From positions 310,001 to 374,000 of the forward strand of contig CT868152.1 of assembly GCA_000165425.1 (NCBI GenBank): a DNA stretch of 64,000 bases. Reading direction: 5' to 3'. Within the stretch, counting starts at the first letter, position 1, and each line of letters opens with the position of its first letter. Below are positions 54,601 to 64,000 of this stretch, piece by piece. Under the pieces are notes generated by a model, which was given only the letters and a program-made list of their open reading frames with translations, did no database searches and had not been told where the DNA came from. Position numbers and translations under genes: made by a program. The stretch comes from Paramecium tetraurelia. Taxonomy: Eukaryota.

Positions 54601-57600
54601 ATTAATCTCCTTTTATTCTCATCAAATATTCTAATCCTCTCATTTGAGAGACAAACTTTGAGACATTTTCCTTGTTTACTTGGAATGCTCTCACAAGAAT
54701 TTCTATGCAAATTTTTGAGGTCGTGTGATTTTGAACTTTTCCTTTTAATATGTTGATTACTCCCAAAAGGATATCATTTACTGTGTCATGATGATTCTTT
54801 TTCTTCTTTTGATCATCAGTGATAAATAGAGTTAAAATTGCTAATATGTGATTTATGGCTTTTAGACTGAGATCATCTTATTACTTCATTAATTCCTATG
54901 CCAATTTCATCAATTCAGGTACAATGCTTTCATATTCCTCAACAAGGTTCTTTTATTTGTAAATATAATGCAAAATTGTGATGATGACTTTCATATTATC
55001 AGTTTGAGGTTGTTTGATTTCAAGTTCGCAATCCTTAAATTTGAGTTGTAATTTTAATTATTCAAAGGCAACCTATTTTAAGCATTTTAATAAGGAAGGC
55101 ATAACTTATCCTTCCAACAATTAAAAGATGCTTTCCTCAAATCTACTAAATGATAGCATATTTGTTTAGATAAATTCTTTCAGAGTCTTTTGTTATGCTT
55201 AAATTTATTGTGTAACATCTTCTAAAGAAGGTTCATTCTTTTGAATTTCCATTATTCTCACTCTTTATTCTTCAATCATATCAAAATTGTCTTAAATCCA
55301 TTCAATAAGCCTATTCACATCATAAATATCATTATTTTGAAGTGCAATTGTAATCTAATCTTCTTGATAACCCATGTCTCTAAGTTTTGTTCTTGCTTCA
55401 TTTGGATCTTATTATAGTATATCGATCTCACCTCCATTCTCATCCCTGAAAATTTAATATGTCTTTTAGAAGAAGTTATCCTTGTCTTTTTAGAGAATGT
55501 CTTATAAGAATTGAGGACGGAAAATAAAAATGACCTTATTGAATAACTACTCTTAAACTGCATAGATGGGATCAGCTGATAAGCATTATGTAATGGTTAG
55601 GAGATTTTAAATTTCTTCAATTTACTTAGGAATCAACATATATCCTTGGATCTTTTTATTCATATCTACTTTGTTCAGATAAATCAATTTAATGATATTT
55701 GCATACTACCAACCCAACAAATCTATAGATTCAACATTACTCTTCTAACCCACCAATTAAATAAATTAACTAATACCAGATTTGAGATTGTCAAGAAATT
55801 CAGAGTTTATTAACAAACTCAAAAAATCTGGGTGCAAATTTTGGAAATCTGCATACTTTCTACCTTCAACAAGGTTATTCAATAAATCACTTATCAGATA
55901 AGTATGCATTTAAATTACTTAGATATTTTCATTCTTCAAATTTTAACTTAATTAACAAAATAAATTACTAAGTGGTTGTAATTCATTATTGATTCTTCTC
56001 ATTACTCTATACGAATTGATAATTATGACTTTTAGTAATTAAATATATTAGTAGAAAACAGATTTTTTGAAAACTTATTCTATCTTCTAATCCTCCGTAT
56101 ATTTGATAGATCTGATTAAGATTAAAAACAATGAACAACTCTTAGTCAATAATTTTCCTATTTCCTATTATTCATTTCTGATTTAACCGTTCATCAAATA
56201 GTGTTTTAGCACTTCCATCAACGACTCAATTTGAGAATAGTAGGATACAAATTCTAATTTCTATTACAATTAGTCCAAAGGACAAGTTAGAAAGAATTTC
56301 TCAGAGCTATAGTATGATTCATCAATTAAAATGTTTGTTTTTTCAAAGGAGCAACCCAATTTATCTTCCAGATTAGAAATGGAGGCAAGTACTTTAGATA
56401 ATGCTTTAAATGGATTATCAAATTCGTCTAGTTAAGCAAATAATCTAAATACTTTGGTTAAGTCAATTTTAAAATCAAAAGTAGGAAATTCAAAGAACTT
56501 TAATAATTATTCAAAGAATCCTTATGAATTCATTTCAGATTATTAGGATGGATGTAAATTATGAATCATTTTGAAGGTTAGTATGGATAGGTTTGAGATT
56601 TTAGTAATAATTTCATAATATTATTAATATGTGTCTTCTTTCAATTTGTTTTTCTTATCAATCAACTAATCATAAAGAACTTTTAATCCAATGTTGAGTA
56701 TGTTTATGACTTAGGGTCCAACTTTATCAATTTTTTGTAGATACTTAGCTATATTTTATCCGACAGATGTTAATAGTTCCTTGGGCACATTAGATACAGT
56801 TAAACTGAATTCAAGAATCTTTCCCATGAATTCTAAGCCACAATTATTAAATTGATCATATCCTTCCTCCTTTAATGAAACATTAAAATAGAATTAGAAT
56901 ATAGCATTAACCATTTTATTGTTAATTTATGCGTAATTTAGACTCTTAATGATTAAATTTAATTATTGTGGTAATTGAGAGTCAATCAATCTACCAATTA
57001 GTGTAGGAACCTCATTTGCAAGATGTGAAATCAAAATGAGCGTTTATTGAATAATAAGTGTGTATTTACTGTCTTAAAGTAAACTTTAAAGTTTCTTAAT
57101 GATCTGAGTTTCTGATACCTTCCTGGCAATAGTAGGTGCATTAGCTCTATTATATCTTCTTCCAAGATCATCTTTGAAATGTTCGTTGATACTCTAAATA
57201 GCAAAAGAAATGATAGAATCAGTTTCATCAAAAGTAACATGTTGATATCCTTAATCTGTAGGTTTGATTAGATTGGGTCCAATGGTAATGAGGTTTTCAA
57301 CCACTTTAATTAGATCGTTAAATATTTTAAGATCTCTTTGTAGATCTTCTTTTCTGGACAACCTTCCTAACATTCCAATAGCTGCTTTCAGGATTTCAGG
57401 TGGCAATAGCAATTTATTATCTTAAATAAGTAGTGTTCTAATTAAAGCTTAAGATGATCCTAGTGCAATGTTGCTTCTACTTAACAATAGCACTCCAGAT
57501 TCTGATGAGAATAATTTGAAAATTCCACAAGCAACTTCTTCATCTCTAGCGCATTGTTCATTTAATAGTTACCCATTATATTTTAATGGGTAACTGGATT

Positions 57601-58864
57601 CGATTTCAATTTGATGTGGTTGCATTGATAAAACATCGTATATCAATTACAAAAAGGTTTCATCATAATTTTTGGCTGTATTTAATGCTATTTCATTATC
57701 CTACTATCTTTCTGCCACTAATATTTCATCCAAAGTTGATAAAATAGTTGTTAGTAATTTGGGCTACACAGTTTTCAATTGAAATAATTTAGCATAGACG
57801 CAAAAATATTGTTCGTATTCTATTTTCTCCATAAATACTTAATCTAATAGTAAAGCACAATCGTGAGTTGAACAGAAAGCATCCAATAACATGTTCATTT
57901 CAAGTGATAATATATGCATACCTAAAACCAATGTATTGGTTTCAATTTTATTCTTAGCCAAACCTCTATGAATGAGTATTCGATATTTAACTGCCTCTAC
58001 CAATGGACTCAAAGGCATATCCTGCTATCCTAATGTTTTTTTAGCTAAAAGTATGGCAGAAATGGAATGGTCATCTTAAATGCTAAAGTTCTATTTATAT
58101 ATTTAATAAACAAATTATACTTTAATTGATGTTTAATGCTGCAATTCTTTCTTGTGAATACCATTTTTACATAAATCTGCATATGACTCATCTAAAATAG
58201 TTGGCTCTATATATTCAAATTGCAATTATGGAAACTAAATTGGATTGTCTGTAATAGTTAAATAATTTGGATCATCATAATAATAATCGATCAATTCAAG
58301 TTTGGTGGATGAAAGAGCATTATTATGATCAAAGAGAAATCTATTCAAGTAAACCAATCTAGGGATGTTATCTCGTAATTATTAATTGCAGATTTCTTTC
58401 TATTAAGGATTGTTTAGATTAATCGCTTAATCACAAATTTTGATCAGAATGTTCATAATGGTCTCATAATTTTGCAAACTGTCAGTATGCTCCACTATGC
58501 TTAATAGATGTTCTAATGAATTAAACAATTTTCTATGAATACTTTTTTAAATTATTACCTATAACACTCATACTCCATTAAACTATTAATGAGGTTTAAC
58601 AACTATGAACAATCATGCCTAGAGTTCTATTATACTAGTTGAGCCATATTCTCTATATAGTCATCTAATTTATCCATTAGTAAAGTCAATGATCCCAAAG
58701 ATAATTTGTGGATAACATTACTCTTGTCATTCACTAATTAAAGCAACTCTTCCAAGAAGTTGGGACTCACTAAGATGGATGCCAAGAGCTAAAATTAGGC
58801 GGAAAGAAATTACACGACGTTCGATTTCTTTAGGCTGCTCAAGAGTATTAAGAGGTATTTTCAT
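48616..58864 (-). CDS. HUWE1: HUWE1/Tom1/UPL1-type HECT E3 ubiquitin ligase (~3300 aa)
   Basis: Long helical N-terminus from MKIPLNTLEQPKEIERR; UBA (LRDMGYQEDQITIAL...LIEWI); acidic region; DPSVF/DPQFL-type repeats; HECT domain (FDGEEGVDAGGVTREWF, LQFVTGTSKVP, LPTSHTCFNQLDLP, EGFGFA-TGA). Confidence 0.93.
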
Positions 58865-58882
58865 ATTTAAATTAATATAAAG

Positions 58883-61045
58883 TCAAAGATTTTTTACTAT
58901 GACTTCAACTATCTATTTTAAATTTTCCAGAGTATCTCCCAGTGATATTTTCTCTATTTATATATATTTTAGTAGACAATCTAAACATTCCTGCCACACT
59001 CCCGGCATTTCATTGGAATTAAAGAACAAACTCAAAACAGCAAATATTACTAAATTCATCCACTTCGTTTGTCTGTCACTATCCTCACTTAAAACATTGG
59101 GCATGTGGTCATTTAATATTTTAAAATTAATAACCATAATATCCAAGTTGATCTTATTGCATTCCCAATGACCATCTTATAATTAATTCTGCAATAACTT
59201 CTACACCATTTCCTAAGACTTCTTCTCATTTCTACTCTTAGTATAATTGGTCATTCCCTTATTCCCCAAATATCCACCAATAATCCCTCCAACAATTCCT
59301 CCCACCAAAGGAATCGGAATCAAAGCCTATCCAATCAAAGCCCCTGACACTAATGAAGTGGATATCGCCAAAGTAGAAGTAAAAGTTCTCTATGGAGTGT
59401 ATATTTCTTAACTAGTCAACAAAGCTTAAGCACCAAACCCTCCTAAATTTAAAAAGTCTTTAAGTAAAGGCATATAAACCACCAATTATTACATACAACC
59501 ATTATTCACTGCATTTTCACCAAAATTTTGTAAGAATTCTCTAATAATAGGTTTATAAAATACTTGTTTCTGTTAACATTGGCTAAAAATGATCCAAACA
59601 TTGTATCCATTTCTCCTTCGGCTTGTTTTCTTAATTGGTACTCATCCTCTTAGTATTAATTCAATATCATTAATGCTAATTATTCATGAACCCAATTAGA
59701 GTGTATTAATTCCTTCATTGTTTTAAATTTTACTGGGTACACTCCCCAACCTGACTTTCTATTTGAATCTTTTTTAAAGAATCCATCTTTTTCTTATTAA
59801 TCAATCACAAAAGTCTAAATAGAATTTGATAAAATACTTTCTAAAATGCCCATCTTTTACTTACTAATGGAGCATATATCACTTTGAATTCCTCATTCAT
59901 TACATAGATGATAAATTTTGATTGAGGATCTTCGCTTTCGAAATATAATCCATTTAAATAATATCTTGCATCCTTTTACATCTTAAAAGATTTAATGCCA
60001 GTTGATTGTGTACATTGATCTTCATCATCTTCACTTGATTTTTTTTGTAGTTTTTGTCTACATTAAATTTTGTACACTGCAATTGACTTACTTTTATTTG
60101 TGATGCATTATTGAAGACAGTCCAATACTTAGTCAACTGTTTGTCTGCTAATGCTTTCATTTTGCTATGCTGAATTAGAGAGCATTTTATTTTTCAGTAT
60201 CAATGTGTCATAATTTTCAATTGCATATCTCATGAATTTTTCAACAACATCAGGTTCAGCATAATGGAATAGTGTAAACTCCAAGAGGTCTTGTATCGTT
60301 TGATAGCAATTCTAACTTAATTCTTAAAATAATGCTAATATAGTATATTTGTTTAATAAAATTTATGGGATATTCTATATTATTTAATAAGTATTACTCT
60401 CTCTCGAAATTTAGAAATAAATGGTTCTATGTACCCTCTGCATTCCTCTAAAATTAAACATATTTAATCACTAACTTCATAAGATAAACTGGTTAATAAT
60501 TAATGTGATTGTTCTATCAATTGAGAGTATAAACTGCCAGAAACTATGTTCATACTAGTGGCTATATATTTTTTTATCAATTCAACAATTTTCGGTTGAA
60601 AAAGTTATAGATTAATCTCCCAAACAGTTATTTACAACTCTTCAGCGTAATCAATGAAATGATTTTCAAGAAAATCCACTATTGGCTTTGAAATATGGCA
60701 TAATGCAAAAACCAATAAATTAAGATCTTCAATTATTTTTTATTGAATTCTCTTTTCCAGCTGTTGTTGCACTTGTAATTGTTAGCATTCATTCTCTACA
60801 TACACATTAATCCTCTTTATTAGATTTTTTTAGATAGGCACTCTCTCCTTTTTAATGCTCTAAGTAAACTCCCCAATGGTAAATTGAAAAGCCCCAGTTG
60901 TTATTTCGAATATATGCCTTTAGAGAGGTTTCGGAGGAGCCAAAGACTTTCTTTTGGTTGGAGATTCTGCAAAGAGACTTTAGTCTTCAAATTTCAATAA
61001 ATCGCTTAGCCTAAAAGAAGGTTTCATGATCTCATCTTATAACAT
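58883..61045 (-). CDS. Uncharacterised ~700-aa helical protein with glycine-zipper hydrophobic hairpin
   Basis: Continuous frame with small introns from MLQDEIMKPSF. Contains LAISTSLVSGALIGQALIPIPLVGGIVGGIIGGYLG; ends IVKNL-TGA. Confidence 0.75.
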
Positions 61046-61051
61046 TATAAA

Positions 61052-61922
61052 TCACTTATTTAATTATTTCACAATCCAGGATTCCCAATCATTTTCATCA
61101 ATTCCTTCCTCTTCCGCATCTTCAAAAAGTATGGAAACCAAGATCTATCTGCCTGGATGATAAAGAGGCAATCCCTCCTTCGCTTTCAAAGCTATATCAA
61201 AGAAACGCCTTCTAATCTGACTTCTTAACTTTTGTGAATTTGATAGGGCTATCTTGGCCTGTTGGGCTTCATGAGTGTTTTCCGAGTTGTTGCTATCAGT
61301 TAAGTCAGGCAATGATTCTTAAAAATCGTACATAGATTGTCTGCCATCCTATTCAACAGAAAATACCCCCAATCCATTTCGATTCATTTTCTATTGTTAC
61401 AAAATTGAAAAATAATTCAATGTGGCTTTATGATGAGAGAAACGCTCCAAGAACTCCTCCACTAAATTAAAAAAAGTGTTCAATTCCTATAATAATCTAA
61501 TTATTTAATACTTTCTCTTTTTCTACAGTCGGAATGTTATTCTCAATCTCTAGTTAACTTTGATCAACCTGGTATTATGCTATTATATCATCGTATTCAA
61601 TTTGAATCTCTTGAACATCTGCCTTGATTTTACTCTTCACCTATTTTGCATTCTCATTCTACAGCATTACTTAATATTTCTTAAGTAAACCTAAAACCTT
61701 AGTCTTCAATTGCTGCATTTCTTATAATAAATCAAATTTCGATTCTTCCTCCTATGCTATAATTTAGGTAGGATTTAGTGATTATAGCATTTCATTAAGA
61801 TCTTGCTCTGGGGCTTGGGGACTCCCTAGGATTTTGCTCCCTCCTACTCTTGAAGATTAAAGTGAAGAGGGTTTAGATGAACTACCTTTCGAATGGAAAT
61901 GAGGATTATTGAAAACTTTCAT
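61052..61922 (-). CDS. Uncharacterised ~280-aa protein
   Basis: MKVFNNPHFHSKG..., coiled middle, one intron near 61487-61511, C-terminal LPLYHPGRQILVSILFEDAEEEGIDENDWESWIVKQLNK-TGA. Confidence 0.72.
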
Positions 61923-62282
61923 TCTCTATAAAAAAAACGAAAAAAAATAAAAGTGAGTTTGAAAGTAAATTTGCAAGTGTTTTATTATAATAAAGTATAA
62001 AAAATAAAGAGATTTTTCCATAGATATATAATTTGCAAGAATTATTAAATCTAGTATACCATATTATTGTAGGAGAAAAAATAGTCTAAATTTAGATTAG
62101 AACTTATGTCAAAATAGAAATGACAAAACTTACTTAAAAACTTAAGGTAATGTTCAAATTAGATATTTGAAGAAATTTAAGACTACATACTTAGTTTAAA
62201 TTAAACTTTATCTAAGTTAGAGTGGAGACAACCTAATATATACCGAAAAATATCATATTCCCTTTGAATATATGATATAATA

Positions 62283-63284
62283 TCATATTGTTAAGTATAG
62301 ACATCTACCTATTTTGACTTTATCTTTTATGACATCTTCCAACTCTTTTTTGATATATTATTTAATGGTTTATGGTTCATCTTCATTTAGGATATATTCT
62401 TGGTGTTCAAACACATTATCTGAATAATAATTTTAGAGCTTGCCCTAAACAATAAAATTTTGCTACTAAGGAGTCTTTGATCCAAAATCTCTTTAGACTT
62501 CTTTTCTTATTAAATCGATTACATCTGAAGCTACCTCATTCTCATATAAGAATTTAGGTTTCAAACCCAAATAAGTGACTGCTAAATTATTGGCTCCTTC
62601 TCTTAAAATTTATGACTTGACATCATTTAATCCTTATTCTGTGATTAACTCAACAACACTGCCTCCCAAACCACAGATTGTACTTTTTAAGCAATTATGT
62701 TGATATACTCCGAAAATACCTTGAAATATTGGCAAATTATAATACTATTGTTTGTTGCAACAAATGCATTTAAGTTACCAATAACAATATTTTCTTACAA
62801 TTTTCCCACTAATTATTTACGTTTATCATCTATGTTAGTCTCAAAGTAAGCTTAGTTTTAGCTTTGCCTTAGAACTGATTCAATATTTGAACTATTGAAA
62901 TCTTTTTCTTAATTAACAACTGTTTTAATAAAATTTGTCGAAAATTCTAAAAATTCATTAGTTCTGGCTACAAAGTCTGTTTCACAATTTATCTATATTC
63001 AAATAAATTTCATGGATACTTCAGCAAGGGCAGCTACTTTATTATTGGTATAAGCGACAATAACTCCTTGTTTAGTTTGATTGCCCGATTTCTTCTCAGC
63101 TTAAGCCAATCCTCTTTCTTTGAGATATTGAATGGCCTTCTCAAAATTACCATCTGTTGATTCCAAGGCTTTTTTGCAATCATTAATAGGAGATCCTAAC
63201 TTATATTTATTCAAAAATACCAGATGCTTCTCTCAATTGCTTAATGAGTGTGATGGATATATTTGTGTATATTTTTCTGAACAT
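62283..63284 (-). CDS. TSFM: Mitochondrial translation elongation factor Ts
   Basis: [20 protein letters not shown]...AEKKSG...[14 protein letters not shown]-Ts signature motifs; small introns. Confidence 0.92.
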
Positions 63285-63846
63285 AAAAAATAAAATAAAT
63301 TTTGATCTCAAATATATTATAATTGTAATCTAATTCTTCTTATTTATTCATTATCAAAATAGAAATAGAATCTGATAGTTTGATTAAAATAAAAATAGAA
63401 TAAGGAAACATCTTATGAATTAATGTATTGGAAGAATTTAGAAACTGTTAAGAGTATCCTTTTCTTCAATTTTAATTTTATCACAATGATTCTAAAAAAT
63501 TTGAGGATATAGCATAGTTAATTATGCAAACATGGCTTGGTAAATGAAGTACTGATGAAAATTTATTATTGATTGGCTTTTGGATAGGAATATTGATTTA
63601 AAAACACTTATAGATTATAATTTCTGAATTAACAAATTCTCCATTTTTATAATATTAAATGAATAAGTTTAGAAGTTATTTGGTTATAGAAATATAAATT
63701 ACTACTATTATTTGTCTTCTTTTTATAAAGGAAGGATATAAATATTATTCTATCATCATTAAAGAACATGTTACAAATTTGAAATTTTTTTGTATTATCT
63801 TTATCCATTAAAATTTTTGATTTGAAGTTTTTTAATAAATTAATTA

Positions 63847-64000
63847 ATGGGAAATAAAGTGCCTAAGGCTTCAATAATGATTGGAGGTGCTGCAATTACA
63901 GCAGTAGCACTGTAGTATTTGTGAATATTTTAGAATTCTTAATTAGAGAAGATAAAGAAAAAATAGTAACAAAGGGCAGAATCAATTAGAACAGACTTAA
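63847..64000 (+). CDS. 5' end of a protein with N-terminal signal-anchor (truncated by window)
   Basis: MGNKVPKASIMIGGAAITAVAL, then a 22-nt GT-AG intron that removes an in-frame TGA, then ILNQRRQRK. Confidence 0.55.

Noticed and set aside
59954..60160. Track ORF suggesting a separate gene or a homopolymer frameshift
   Set aside because: A different frame is continuous through this region in the ciliate code (DQVLDCLQQCITNK...QKKSSEDDED), so no anomaly exists.
63330..63825. Possible + strand gene between EF-Ts and the last ORF
   Set aside because: Contains an in-frame TGA, has no clear start and no recognisable motif; cannot be supported.
1..64000. Transposons, telomeric repeats, rRNA/tRNA genes, retained IESs
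   Set aside because: I saw no transposase/RT motifs, C4A2/C3A3 arrays or structured RNA signatures. IESs cannot be identified reliably without a germline-somatic comparison.

Overview
AT-rich, gene-dense eukaryotic DNA in the ciliate genetic code (TAA/TAG = Gln, TGA the only stop) with 20-30 nt GT-AG introns. This is most consistent with a Paramecium macronuclear chromosome (inferred). The supplied standard-code ORF track is therefore mostly fragments or shadow frames, and I re-translated genes by hand. About 33 protein-coding genes are supported. Recognisable products include the 3' end of UROD, a tandem rhodanese sulfurtransferase, IBA57, a trichocyst/granule-lattice-type precursor, an eIF2alpha-kinase-like pseudokinase, WDR82, a Rab1-like GTPase and an aspartate aminotransferase. 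Also present are HYOU1/GRP170, NEMF/Rqc2, importin-7/8, an EF-hand protein, a C2-domain membrane protein, TMEM230, PP2A catalytic subunit, FAM32A, a ~10 kb HUWE1/Tom1-type HECT ligase and mitochondrial EF-Ts. The rest are uncharacterised genes, plus a few probable gene relics. The top candidate for something new is an intronless 343-aa protein with nine WG (Argonaute-hook-like) motifs flanking an RGG box, then an NLS-like stretch and a possibly SPOC-like C-terminal domain. Other notable items are an aminotransferase lacking the Arg386 and Trp140 equivalents, an apparent frameshift in the granule precursor, and gene spacings of 0, 6, 12 and 18 nt. I saw no tRNA, rRNA, transposon, telomere or CRISPR. 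All family calls rest on recognised motifs, not database searches.
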